Source: a virus. Taken from it: a stretch of 64,000 bases of DNA. Positions 26,323-36,300 of this stretch are shown piece after piece. The stretch spans positions 32,001 to 96,000 of IMG/VR virus record IMGVR_UViG_3300031999_001882, one strand, 5' to 3'. Every line of letters starts with the position of its first letter. Within the stretch, counting starts at the first letter, position 1. A model generated the notes under the pieces. The model made no database searches. It was not told the DNA's origin and saw only the letters and a list, made by a program, of their open reading frames with translations. Position numbers and translations under genes: made by a program.

Positions 26323-29300
26323 TTACACCGCAAAAATGCCGCTTGCCATAATTTGACTCGTACTGGCTGGGACAAAGGTAAACTTAATTTTGAGTTGGTT
26401 CGCCAGATACGTCGCTGTGTAATCGTTTAATGCTCCCGATGTCCTCAGAACGCCATTGATGAACACCGATTCTTCTCCGCTTGTCGGCGTGCTCGAAGTG
26501 CTGAATGCAAAAGTGTCCGTGATCCCATCCGGTGCGCTGACCGGAGAGACATTCACGAAATGAGCGTGGCTGGCCGCTCGAACTTCGGTCGCCAACTGCG
26601 TCAGGCCCACCGCTCCAACAGCAATCTTGGGCTGGGTGACGTTCAAATCCCTGATCTTGGCCGTGATAACCGATTGATCCTCAAACTGAGTCAGCCCTAC
26701 CGCTCCGGCGGCGATTTTGGGCATGGTGACGTTCAGATCACGGATTTTTGCCGATGTCACCGATTGGTCCTCGATCTGGGTCAAACCGACCGCGCCATTG
26801 GCGATCTTGGCCTGAATGACCGACAAATCACGCAAAAGGGCGCTGGTAATGGCCTGATTCTGGATTTCGGTCGTACCCACCGCGCCAGAGGCTATCTGAG
26901 CCTCGGTAACGGCCTGATTTGCGATCTTTCCGGTGGTTACGGCCTGATTCTCCAACTGCGTGATTCCGACCGCTCCTACCGCAATTTTGGCGTTTGTGAC
27001 CGCCAAATCAGCGATCTTGGCCGATGTCACCGCTTGATTCTCAAGCTGAGTGATGCCGACGGCTCCGGTCGCAAGCTTGATCTGAGTCACGTCGCCGTCG
27101 CGCAGGGCGGCGGTCGTGACAGACTGGTTCTCAAGCTGGGTCACCCCCACGGCTCCGACGGCAATCTTGGGATTTGTCACGGCAGAATCGGTTATGTTGG
27201 TCGAAGTGACGGCGTTTACGGCCAGTTTCGGGTTTGTCACCGCCGAATTGGACAGTTCCAGCGTGTCCACGGCGCTGGGGGCGATGTCCACGGCAATGAC
27301 CGTTCCATCGGCGATCTTGTCTGAGGTGACCGAGTTCGGAGCGAGCTTTGAATTGGTCACAGCCAGATCACGAATCAGATTCGAGATAATGGCTTGAAGC
27401 TCAATCTGCGTCACGCCAATGGCTTGATTGGCGATCTTGGCCTGAGTCACGGCCAGATTGGTGATGTCCGTGGTTCCGACTACCCCGGTAGAAGCGGTAG
27501 TGACCCTTCCAAGACTGTCCACGGTGATGTCGGACAGGCGATATGAACCGGGAATAACCGAAGTCCCTGCCTCAAGGGTCGTCAGTCCATTAAGCTCAGA
27601 AGCCGTCAGGTGGTAATACTGCTCGAATGTCCCGCCTTGAAGTCCGGCCAAATCATTATGTCGCGTGATGAGCGGCGTATGAAAGTGAGAATAATTCGTC
27701 AGCCCATCATGCGTCATGCTGATTGTGATGCTGGAACCCGATGTTGTCCGGCCATAATATCGGACAGATAATCTATCGGCAGAATTCCATCCGGTATAAG
27801 CGGGCTGGGTGGTCAGGACATTTTCAAGAGTAACGGAAGTATCGTTGATGTCCTGCGTCAAAGTGTTGAACAAATGCCGATGAATGCCGTAAGCCACGCC
27901 GGACTCATTGAGATATCCGCCGGGAGTCGCCACGGTGACGACTGACGGCGACGTGAACCCTGTGATCTGAAATGTCTGCGTGGGAGTTTCGACGTATCCC
28001 GATAACGCCATATCAGCATTGGCATTGCCCGCCACAAACGGCGTAGCGCCAGTTATCGTCGCCGTTCGACTTGTCCCTGACCCAGAAATAGCGACTGTTC
28101 CCACGCCATCAGACTTTCTCAAAACCTGAATGACAATCGTAGATGTTCCGCCTATGCCGCTAACAAACCGATAAACGTCAAACTCCCAGAGTCCGGCATC
28201 AAGCTGAACTCTCCCCAAAGCGGCAGAGAGATACCCTTCAATCAGCGCCGTAGAAGCGCTGACAACAGCGCTATCCGTCTGCTCCGCTCCGGCATTAGGG
28301 ATCGGAGAAATGGTGAAGTTCCCATCCGTAGAAGGCACGTCATTGAGAAAGAACACAATACCGGAACCAGCCGATGTGTTAACCGGATTTCCGTTAATCC
28401 ACGCCGCTCCGTTATAGGAAAGGACTTGGTTGAGGGCAGGATTGGCAAGCGAAACATCGCTCAACTGAGACAGATTCAAGTTGAGGACATCCACCTTGAT
28501 CGCATTGGAGATGCCTTGTTCCGTGATAGAAATGGCTGGACCGCCAACGAAGTTGACGTTATCGGTCAGCGTCAACCCGCCATAAGCGGCTACTGTCTTA
28601 ACGACTTGGCCCGAAGCGATCTTATCCGCCGTCACAGCGCTGGCGACCAACTTGGAATTGGTCACGGCAGAATCCGTGATGTTGGTTGTGGCGACTGCAT
28701 TGACGGCCAGCTTGGGATTTGTAACGGCGGAGTTCGACAACTCTAAGGTATCGACAGCGCTGGGAGCGATGTCTGCCGCGATCACCGTTCCATCAGCGAT
28801 ATTGGCTGAGGTGACCGCCCCAACACCGATCTTGCTGTTGATGATCGAGCCATCCTGAATCAGAGCGGAGGTAATCGACTGGTTCTCAATCTGAGTCGTG
28901 CCAACGGCGGCATTGGCGATCTTGGCTTGGGTCACCGCCAGATCGCGGAGCTTGACCGTGATGATCGACTGATCTTCGATCTGCGTCAGCCCTACAGCGC
29001 CGGACGCGATCTTGGGCATGGTCACGGCGAGATCGCTGAGCTTCGCCGTGATGACAGACTGATCTTCGAGCTGAGTCAAGCCAACTGCGCCACTAGCAAT
29101 TAAAGACTGCGTGATGGCCGAGGTCTGAATGTTTCCGGTAGCCACCGAGTTCAGTTGCAGATTACCGTTGGCGACTGACAGCGCCGCGAGCTTGATGTTA
29201 GTGACGGACCCATCCGCTAGGGCGTTGGTTGTGACAGCCTGATTCTCAATCTGACTGATCCCTACCGATCCGACAGACAGATGGAGCTGAGTGATAGCAT

Positions 29301-30207
29301 TGATCTGAATGGCGAGGCCCGGAATCGAACGCGGTCCAAGGACAGGCGTAATCGTGGTCAGACCATTCACGATGTCATAAATCTGCGACTCAAGTGGACG
29401 GACCAATATCGCGTTGCCGACATTGTTTAGAATCGGATTAGTGTAAATATCCTTGGCGAGCTGATTGATATTCAATACTTCGGTGACATCAACCGTTCCA
29501 GTAAAGAACTTGTCATCGGCGGCAAACGATTCATCAACGGTGTTCATGTTATAGCGTTGGAGATACTGCCAGTCCATCATCGTCAATCCGTCAGGGAGCG
29601 GAGTGATGGTCTGAGTCATTCCAACTGCTTGGGTATAAAAAGTCACGAACCATTGCGTTATGCCCGGATAATCAAACGTGATCCGTCCAAAAACTTCAAG
29701 AGAGTTTGTGACTTCTGGAAGTCCTGAATAAGAATTTCGGATTGCGACTGCGTTCTTTGGCTCATCCGATAGAATGCCCTCATTGGTTCCATAGGAGCTG
29801 ACGGGAGGAGTTGTCAGACCAACAATCGAAGTGACCTCAACAAAGGTCAGGCCCGGAGCCACCGCATAGGCGTTGTTCTGAACGTAGGCGGTGATCTTCT
29901 TATATTGGAGGACGGCTTGCTTGGCTGTAGTGTCAAGCTTAGGCCCGGTCACAGCGCTATCAGCAATCTGGTATTGCCCGACGGAGTTTGTGCCAAGCTT
30001 CGCCATCGTGATCGAGCTGTCCTCAATCTGCGTGGTTCCTACGGCTTCATTAGCGATCTTGAGCTGAGAGACAGACAAGCTACCAAGCTTGGGATTGGTA
30101 ACGGCAGAATCCGTCAACGCATTTGTAGTGACGGAATCCGTCGCCATCTTCGGGGCCGTTACCAGTCCGTCTTTGATGTCATCCGTCTGAATATATGTTC
30201 TTGCCAC
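26323..30207 (-). CDS. Long tail fibre (1294 aa) with decapeptide-repeat shafts
   Basis: Dozens of (A/S)V(T/G)..(K/Q)(I/L) repeats, central HNDL.GLQGG...YYHLT motif, C-terminal socket-like domain. Confidence 0.85.
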   Translation of the reverse strand: MARTYIQTDDIKDGLVTAPKMATDSVTTNALTDSAVTNPKLGSLSVSQLKIANEAVGTTQIEDSSITMAKLGTNSVGQYQIADSAVTGPKLDTTAKQAVLQYKKITAYVQNNAYAVAPGLTFVEVTSIVGLTTPPVSSYGTNEGILSDEPKNAVAIRNSYSGLPEVTNSLEVFGRITFDYPGITQWFVTFYTQAVGMTQTITPLPDGLTMMDWQYLQRYNMNTVDESFAADDKFFTGTVDVTEVLNINQLAKDIYTNPILNNVGNAILVRPLESQIYDIVNGLTTITPVLGPRSIPGLAIQINAITQLHLSVGSVGISQIENQAVTTNALADGSVTNIKLAALSVANGNLQLNSVATGNIQTSAITQSLIASGAVGLTQLEDQSVITAKLSDLAVTMPKIASGAVGLTQIEDQSIITVKLRDLAVTQAKIANAAVGTTQIENQSITSALIQDGSIINSKIGVGAVTSANIADGTVIAADIAPSAVDTLELSNSAVTNPKLAVNAVATTNITDSAVTNSKLVASAVTADKIASGQVVKTVAAYGGLTLTDNVNFVGGPAISITEQGISNAIKVDVLNLNLSQLSDVSLANPALNQVLSYNGAAWINGNPVNTSAGSGIVFFLNDVPSTDGNFTISPIPNAGAEQTDSAVVSASTALIEGYLSAALGRVQLDAGLWEFDVYRFVSGIGGTSTIVIQVLRKSDGVGTVAISGSGTSRTATITGATPFVAGNANADMALSGYVETPTQTFQITGFTSPSVVTVATPGGYLNESGVAYGIHRHLFNTLTQDINDTSVTLENVLTTQPAYTGWNSADRLSVRYYGRTTSGSSITISMTHDGLTNYSHFHTPLITRHNDLAGLQGGTFEQYYHLTASELNGLTTLEAGTSVIPGSYRLSDITVDSLGRVTTASTGVVGTTDITNLAVTQAKIANQAIGVTQIELQAIISNLIRDLAVTNSKLAPNSVTSDKIADGTVIAVDIAPSAVDTLELSNSAVTNPKLAVNAVTSTNITDSAVTNPKIAVGAVGVTQLENQSVTTAALRDGDVTQIKLATGAVGITQLENQAVTSAKIADLAVTNAKIAVGAVGITQLENQAVTTGKIANQAVTEAQIASGAVGTTEIQNQAITSALLRDLSVIQAKIANGAVGLTQIEDQSVTSAKIRDLNVTMPKIAAGAVGLTQFEDQSVITAKIRDLNVTQPKIAVGAVGLTQLATEVRAASHAHFVNVSPVSAPDGITDTFAFSTSSTPTSGEESVFINGVLRTSGALNDYTATYLANQLKIKFTFVPASTSQIMASGIFAV

Positions 30208-30219
30208 GGTAGTCTCCCC

Positions 30220-30987
30220 TTAGATCGGATTGTAATTCAGTAAAATTTTACTCGTTGAAGCCGGAGCAAACGTAAAGCTAATTCCATTCAACCCGAACAA
30301 TGTGTAATCCTCGGCTACGCCTGAATTTCGCATAACTCCGTCAATAAACACTTCTTCTGATCCAAACACAAAATTGTCCGGCGCAGTAAACTGATTATTA
30401 AAGCCATCAATGAAGCCAATGGCGAATTGTCGATATTTCCGATTGATCGACCCGCCCGTGACATCAAAAATGAATTTGTTGTTCGGCGAGTCCTGCGTAA
30501 TGGTGATGTTGCTCCCTGCCGCCAGCACCAAATCGCCCTGCAATCCAATGATCGCTCCGACCACAGCCAGCGTGTTGACACCTGACGAAACCGCTCCGCC
30601 GGGACCACCCAAAAACGAGCGCGTATCCACCACCGAGATGACGTTGGCTGGACCTGTGAAAACACGCGCCAACGGCACAGACAAAGCCGGAAACCCGGAG
30701 ATGTTCGAGGTGACCACGCCGATGTTAGAAACAAGCACAAAGTTCGTTGAATTCGCCACCATCGGAATCGTCGTCTGTCCAAGAAACGGAAAGACGTTTC
30801 CGCCGATCTGCACTTGGCCGGGATTAACGGTGACATTCAGCCCACCAGAAGCCTGAACCTGTAAAGCGACGTTGACCGATGCCAGTTGATCCGCAATGTC
30901 GAAGTTTCGGCGCAAAGGAGCGTCCCAATTTTGATCTCCGTGTGCTGGTTCTTCGTATCCAGCGTTAGGTGTATAAGTGCTCGCCAT
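30220..30987 (-). CDS. Baseplate-proximal fibre/adaptor protein
   Basis: N-terminal TPN.G...P..G..NW...L..NF..D anchor-type motif; C-terminal DG.N..F...VF.DG...DY domain. Confidence 0.7.
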   Translation of the reverse strand: MASTYTPNAGYEEPAHGDQNWDAPLRRNFDIADQLASVNVALQVQASGGLNVTVNPGQVQIGGNVFPFLGQTTIPMVANSTNFVLVSNIGVVTSNISGFPALSVPLARVFTGPANVISVVDTRSFLGGPGGAVSSGVNTLAVVGAIIGLQGDLVLAAGSNITITQDSPNNKFIFDVTGGSINRKYRQFAIGFIDGFNNQFTAPDNFVFGSEEVFIDGVMRNSGVAEDYTLFGLNGISFTFAPASTSKILLNYNPI

Positions 30988-30993
30988 GTTTGG

Positions 30994-31695
30994 TTACCCC
31001 AATATCCTCGAAAGTTTGCTTTCGTCAGCAAGGTCGTGTTGCCAGATGATTTTGCAATCAAAGCCGAACTTCTTGTAATGATTTTTTAGCTTCATTGAAT
31101 CATCGGCTCTGAACACTTTTTTGCAATGCTTTTTGCATCCATGCCAATAGCATCCAAGCAACTCAATTACTTCTTTTTTCCCGTTGATATTTATAAAATC
31201 TGGATTCTTTTTCGCAATCCAAACTTGCCCATCGCCAACATATTTATACGGCAAAGATTTTGACCTCAAAAATACCGCAAGAGCATTCTCTGATCCATTT
31301 GGCTTATTTTCGGAAAATAGCCTCTTAAACCACGCCTTTTTTTCTCTCAGACTTAACGAAGAATGAAATCTTTTTGATGCTTCGCCTATTTTTTCTCTTG
31401 TTGATCGACTAGGGCCATTTTTATTCCGAGCGATCAGCCCTTCTCGCAACCACGGCATTTTTTTGTGCATCTCAAAATTTCGCATCGAAATCGCTCGTCT
31501 TTCTTCCGGCGAAACCGTTGGCCTCCACCATCTGCCATGCTTCTTATAATACGCCTTTGAGCTTTTTGACATTTTTAGCCGCGTGACCTCAGAATGATGA
31601 CTGCCAACACGATGATGCTGTTTCAACGAACCAAGCCATTCTTTTATCGCTTGGCTCATTTTTGCACGATGCTCCGGCGTTCTAATGTAGCTCAT
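30994..31695 (-). CDS. Homing endonuclease: NUMOD3-like repeats plus Vsr/EDxHD-like nuclease
   Basis: HSEVTRLKMS, TREKIG; PDF...IELLGCYWHG; ATGA overlap at 31692-31695; more AT-rich than neighbours. Confidence 0.8.
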   Translation of the reverse strand: MSYIRTPEHRAKMSQAIKEWLGSLKQHHRVGSHHSEVTRLKMSKSSKAYYKKHGRWWRPTVSPEERRAISMRNFEMHKKMPWLREGLIARNKNGPSRSTREKIGEASKRFHSSLSLREKKAWFKRLFSENKPNGSENALAVFLRSKSLPYKYVGDGQVWIAKKNPDFININGKKEVIELLGCYWHGCKKHCKKVFRADDSMKLKNHYKKFGFDCKIIWQHDLADESKLSRILG

Positions 31696-33062
31696 GCCAT
31701 GATTACAATGGTTCCTACGGTATCTTTGACCGTTTTCACTTGTCCATCGGATATATTCAACCATCGCCGACCGGGGAACAGCTCGATTGCCAATGGATCG
31801 CTGTGCCGAACCTCGGTATTATTTTCCCCAGCCAGAGGCCGCAAATCCTTGGCTGACCTTGAAGCTGAATTATCTGGATTGCGAATGTTCCCGCCGCCAC
31901 CTGCCGGGTCAAACGGCAACCAACTGACTGCGAACAAGGGCAGGAAATGATTGCTGTTAATGATGTTCACATAATCGGTGGTAATAGAAACATTGCCGCC
32001 ATTGTCCAAATAACCGTAATACAGGTTAGTTGCCTGTCCTAAAAAAGTGATCGTGACAGGGTTTATCCCAGCCATGACATCCGCAGAACCCTTGCGAATA
32101 CCGTTAACATACGCCGACTCGGTGTTCAGCAAATTATTGATGTTGATGAAATCATTGCCCGGATCAACCACGATAACCTGCGGAAACAACGCCGACAAAA
32201 CGGTGGCAACATCCTGCGTTTCGATTTTATTGTTCTGCGTCTCCTTGGCGTACAGCTCGTTCAAAGGCTCTAAACTCGACACCACGCCTAAGTCTGCCAG
32301 CGTCAGTCCGTGCGGGTTGACGGGCGTAAGTATCAGAGCAGTCCCTCGCGCTTTGATATGGTCATCTACCGTATGAAGCTCAGCCCCACCATATACCGTC
32401 ACGGCATCCGAGCGGTCATCCTTGGGAGTCTTGACTTTAACCGTGTTAAACTTGGTCAGTGCATACTGGCGATTAGTCAGACTGATATTAGATGGAGGAA
32501 TGGGATTTCCCGCGCCCTGCCCCAGCACCGTTCCCAAAAAAACGGCATTGGTAAGTGGATTAGAGACGGGGTGATGTGTCGTATCAACGATAATCCAATA
32601 ACCGTCTGTGTCACGGGTGAAAAACTTTTCAGAGGTGATCGGATGAATGGCGAACTGCGTTATGTCGATGGTTTGAAGATACTGAATCCAGAAATAATTA
32701 GCCGTTCCTGTCGTGTAATTGGCGAGAGAAATAGCGATACTCCCGGTGGATTGTGGTGTGGGCTTCCCAGACGAAATATCGGTCTTGGAGGGATTGGTCG
32801 GGTCATAGAGCACATTGGAAGCAATCAGAATGCGCTCCCCGCTTGAATAGGACACGCCAAAGCCAACGTCAATCTTGGTCTGATCGAGGATGTTCGGAGA
32901 AAGCGGATATTCCAGCGATCCGCCTGTTTCCGAGTGAACGATCCCATCCTGAATAAAGTCCGTGAGGCGTTCTTTGATCGCTTCCTGAGTAAACTCACTC
33001 AGCGATGTGTTGAAATCCTCGACGGCGGGTTCTATCCCAGAGGCAAGTAAAAGTCCCTTCAT
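31692..33062 (-). CDS. Baseplate/fibre-anchoring structural protein
   Basis: Position after wedge gene; NPHG.T..DLG motif. Confidence 0.6.
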   Translation of the reverse strand: MKGLLLASGIEPAVEDFNTSLSEFTQEAIKERLTDFIQDGIVHSETGGSLEYPLSPNILDQTKIDVGFGVSYSSGERILIASNVLYDPTNPSKTDISSGKPTPQSTGSIAISLANYTTGTANYFWIQYLQTIDITQFAIHPITSEKFFTRDTDGYWIIVDTTHHPVSNPLTNAVFLGTVLGQGAGNPIPPSNISLTNRQYALTKFNTVKVKTPKDDRSDAVTVYGGAELHTVDDHIKARGTALILTPVNPHGLTLADLGVVSSLEPLNELYAKETQNNKIETQDVATVLSALFPQVIVVDPGNDFININNLLNTESAYVNGIRKGSADVMAGINPVTITFLGQATNLYYGYLDNGGNVSITTDYVNIINSNHFLPLFAVSWLPFDPAGGGGNIRNPDNSASRSAKDLRPLAGENNTEVRHSDPLAIELFPGRRWLNISDGQVKTVKDTVGTIVIMA

Positions 33063-33108
33063 AATAGCGCTCCCACTTTGAGTCGGTTTTCCATATCAGA
33101 CTCCCAAA

Positions 33109-34227
33109 TCATGTCGTAAATACCATTTCCACCTTCGAGTTCGCCGGGATCAACTGGATCACCAACTGCTTGAGATAATCCTGATCGAGCGTCACGCCGA
33201 AGCTGTTGTAAACCGTCAGAATAAACGCATGAGCTTTCTCTGCCTTGGAATAAATAACGATGACAGGACTCAGGTTCGGATAAGCTGGGTCTTTCAAATA
33301 ATAATGCGGTCGATTGGGTTCAGGATCGGTCTTGATAAAAATGCGCCATCCTGTCAGTGACCCGATCTCGGTGATGTCCGGCTCACGACAAGTAAATACC
33401 TTGACGATCCGTTTGACAGCTCCGAAAGTTCCAGAGAACTCATAGGCATCCTTGAGCTGAATGAGTTGTTCGCGGTACTCTTGGAGGGTCTGACTGCGCT
33501 GGGTGAAGCTATAAAGCGTACCGAAGTTATTGTAGAGGGATTCGTCGCGCACAGACACCAAATAAATATCGCGCCTCGCCCTCAGAGCCTCAAATCGCAA
33601 CTCTTCGATCTGGCGTGCGTATTCGTGCGCTAAGACATAAGCGTATGTGCTGTTGACATCCTTAGAATAGACGTTCTCATCAGGATACGTTTCAAAGATT
33701 CGGGTGGTTATTTCATTTTTCGCGCTTGCGTCCCGTGTCAACGTCTGACTGTCCGTCCAAGGACTTTCCAGAGTTTGACTCAATACACGGACCCTCCAAT
33801 AATACGGAATGGATTGATTTTCAGCTCGAATCGGAAACGCGATCTCATATGCGATAACAAGCTGACCCTCACTAAATCCTACAAAGCCTCTAGACCCCCC
33901 GGCAAATCCTCCGATGCCAAATCCGTCCTCTCCGAAGCCGCCAATGCCAAATCCAGTCACCGCATCGGCCCCATTAAAGCACCGCAGGTTCGGGCTGTCG
34001 AAGTTGGCCGAGGTATCAATGCACAGCTCAAAATCATACGCATTGAACGGCGCAGGAAGCCCGCCGATACAGTCCGTACAACAATCCAGCGTCCAGAAAA
34101 AAACATAAGCATTCTCAGAAGTCCCAAGGTACGACCGAGGATTAAGCGGACTCGGCACAAACAGCTTGGGCGAGAAGTTGGTGTTAAAAAGACTGGTGTT
34201 GAATTGAGCTGTATTAAATAAGGCCAT
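33109..34227 (-). CDS. Baseplate wedge protein (gpI-like C-terminal half)
   Basis: L..NFG, YR..L...GT..AVK, IPANS C-terminus; downstream of baseplate J. Confidence 0.65.
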   Translation of the reverse strand: MALFNTAQFNTSLFNTNFSPKLFVPSPLNPRSYLGTSENAYVFFWTLDCCTDCIGGLPAPFNAYDFELCIDTSANFDSPNLRCFNGADAVTGFGIGGFGEDGFGIGGFAGGSRGFVGFSEGQLVIAYEIAFPIRAENQSIPYYWRVRVLSQTLESPWTDSQTLTRDASAKNEITTRIFETYPDENVYSKDVNSTYAYVLAHEYARQIEELRFEALRARRDIYLVSVRDESLYNNFGTLYSFTQRSQTLQEYREQLIQLKDAYEFSGTFGAVKRIVKVFTCREPDITEIGSLTGWRIFIKTDPEPNRPHYYLKDPAYPNLSPVIVIYSKAEKAHAFILTVYNSFGVTLDQDYLKQLVIQLIPANSKVEMVFTT

Positions 34228-34230
34228 GAC

Positions 34231-35424
34231 TTAGCTGATCGCCTCCCACGAAGCGTCTGCGTTTCCTCCCAGAAGCACCTCGCCGATAATGCTCGGCGTG
34301 ACAACCAGATTAAACCCATTGGCGTTGGCAGAATCCGCGCTAACGCTTGCGACGTTAAGGTTCCCTGTGCCAGCACCAACATTCACAACCGGAGAAGCCA
34401 GCGCCTTACGGCCAGAGAAATGAATCGGCAGATAATAAGGGTTGGTACTGGACGCATAGAAGCGCCACCGCAGATTACTCTGTCGTTCGTAATACCGGAG
34501 ACATCGGTCCACATCGGCAGAGGTCGGAAACGGCTGATAATCCATCGGCTTAGAGCCGTTCACCAATATAGCCGAATCCACAAAAATGTCACTCAAACTC
34601 GGCGAAATGTCCAAAAACCCAACTCCAATAATGAGCTGGGTCGATGCACCCGGAACGGTATAAGTGCAAGTCAGTCGTTGCCATGTTCCGCCGCCCACAT
34701 GGGCCACCGAAAGCGACGTGGCCGGAGTTCCGTTCGAGATGAACGCTTTGATACCCGGTACGCTCGAATTGATCCAGACTGAGAGCGAAACGATCTTTCC
34801 GATGTAATCTTTATAGTTCTCAACGTATTGCCGGATGGAGAACGTCGTCGCTCCGCCCGTGGCTGTGATTTGGTTTTCCAGCGAATAGCTCCCAAGATTC
34901 ACGACTGTAGATCGACTAACAGTAAAAGTCGGCGTATTGGTGTAATTAGCGACCCAGCGATCCGCCAGATATTGCGTATCCGACGGCGGATTGAGGATAA
35001 CTAGCGCGTTTGACCAGCATTCCAAGCCCGGATTGACAAGGAGATTCGGGTAAGCATTCAGCCGAATTCCATTGATGAGATCGTCCTCAGTCGCCTCAAT
35101 CTCGTTCTTGAGGACGTTATGGTGAGCGGCGACGAATTCCAAACTGACCGCCACGCCGCTTACATGAGTCGTAGCCTGCGTATTGTCGTAACCTCGCGTG
35201 TACCCGGTCAAATTATTGCCGATAATTGAGGTATAGCGGATCACCTCGTTCTCAATAGTTACAACGCCAGAAACCGGGAAATTGACCGTTGATATCAGAG
35301 CGATGCCATTGCCCACCGTGTTATCGCCGGATGTATTCAGGTTCCCGTTTAACGTCGTAGCAAGATTGTTAAAAGCCGGGAGGAGAGAGGTGTCATCCGC
35401 GACGGAGTTAGGATAAATTGCCAT
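34231..35424 (-). CDS. Structural protein with CBM-like module
   Basis: FP.SG...I.NE.I.Y...RG...T.A..H..G domain then NLLVNPG...ADRW...DRCLRYYE; AGGAG RBS. Confidence 0.75.
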   Translation of the reverse strand: MAIYPNSVADDTSLLPAFNNLATTLNGNLNTSGDNTVGNGIALISTVNFPVSGVVTIENEVIRYTSIIGNNLTGYTRGYDNTQATTHVSGVAVSLEFVAAHHNVLKNEIEATEDDLINGIRLNAYPNLLVNPGLECWSNALVILNPPSDTQYLADRWVANYTNTPTFTVSRSTVVNLGSYSLENQITATGGATTFSIRQYVENYKDYIGKIVSLSVWINSSVPGIKAFISNGTPATSLSVAHVGGGTWQRLTCTYTVPGASTQLIIGVGFLDISPSLSDIFVDSAILVNGSKPMDYQPFPTSADVDRCLRYYERQSNLRWRFYASSTNPYYLPIHFSGRKALASPVVNVGAGTGNLNVASVSADSANANGFNLVVTPSIIGEVLLGGNADASWEAIS

Positions 35425-35542
35425 ATTGAATCTCCTTTTTTGATTCTCTAAACTTTTTAATCGCGTCCATCAATAGCTCCTCGAAAGAATCTTTTTTCGC
35501 ATCGAGCGCATATCTTGAAATTGTATTTTTCTTAATTTTCAT
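35408..35542 (-). CDS. Small basic ORF (44 aa), not in ORF track
   Basis: ATGA overlap with upstream stop; MKIKKNTISRYALDAKK... Confidence 0.4.
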   Translation of the reverse strand: MKIKKNTISRYALDAKKDSFEELLMDAIKKFRESKKEIQYGNLS

Positions 35543-36300
35543 TGCACGCGCAGTTGCAAATTTGTCGTCACGGGCTGAAATGTTCCAACCAAAACTTCGA
35601 TCACGATATCCACCAGCCGGGGGTCTTGCTCGTTCACGTTGATGTTGATGTTGTTCAGCCCAAGAATGATCTCGTCCGCCGGAAGCGTATCGACCTCCTG
35701 AGCCTGAATTTCAATCAACCCCTGAATTGCGTTGACCACCGTCTGTTGCAACTTAAAAAAAATCGTCGGAGTCAGCTTCTCGCCAATAGCCGAGCTAAGC
35801 GTGCTTCCATAATTCGGATTGAAAACATTATTTCCGATCACCGTCAAAAGAACCTTGGAGACGTTCTGCCGCACTCGATTTATCCCCCGCACGTTGGATA
35901 ATTGCCCCACCTGATTGAACCCAATATCATTCAAGGCTTTTGAACTCAAGCACTTGGGGCAATCGAGAATCGTCGTAATGTAGCTCCCCATATAAATCCG
36001 ATTCGGAACAACGAAGGTGCTTCCCTCTACATAATTTACTCCCGGCGTAAAGTTCATCTGATTAAAATTTAAGCGCTGACCGTTATTAACCAGAGCAAAA
36101 TCCGTGATACCGTCAAGCGTATAAACGTAATTCTGGTTATCTTCCGTCTCATAATGTTCACGAACCTGCACTTCATTCTTGTTTTTATTCGACGGAAACC
36201 GTAAATCGGTATAGTAATAAGGAGTCAACCCCTGCAAAATTAGGGTTTCATCCACGATCCGATGGTCGCACACCCGGCCAAGCGTTAAATCAAATGGCAT
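35539..36300 (-). CDS. Baseplate wedge protein, gp25/GPW-like C-terminal domain
   Basis: LLT..G...F.P.YGS.L motif. Confidence 0.8.
   Translation of the reverse strand: MPFDLTLGRVCDHRIVDETLILQGLTPYYYTDLRFPSNKNKNEVQVREHYETEDNQNYVYTLDGITDFALVNNGQRLNFNQMNFTPGVNYVEGSTFVVPNRIYMGSYITTILDCPKCLSSKALNDIGFNQVGQLSNVRGINRVRQNVSKVLLTVIGNNVFNPNYGSTLSSAIGEKLTPTIFFKLQQTVVNAIQGLIEIQAQEVDTLPADEIILGLNNININVNEQDPRLVDIVIEVLVGTFQPVTTNLQLRVQ

Noticed and set aside
24829-30207. CRISPR array or non-coding tandem repeat
   Set aside because: Repeats are degenerate at third codon positions and encode protein repeats; no constant repeat with unique spacers
30994-31764. Group I intron or intein around the endonuclease
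   Set aside because: Flanking genes end and start normally and there is no non-coding room for a ribozyme core; no intein motifs seen
14505-35424. Invertase-driven fibre shufflon
   Set aside because: All cassettes are co-oriented with their own starts; no recombinase or inverted crossover sites were seen
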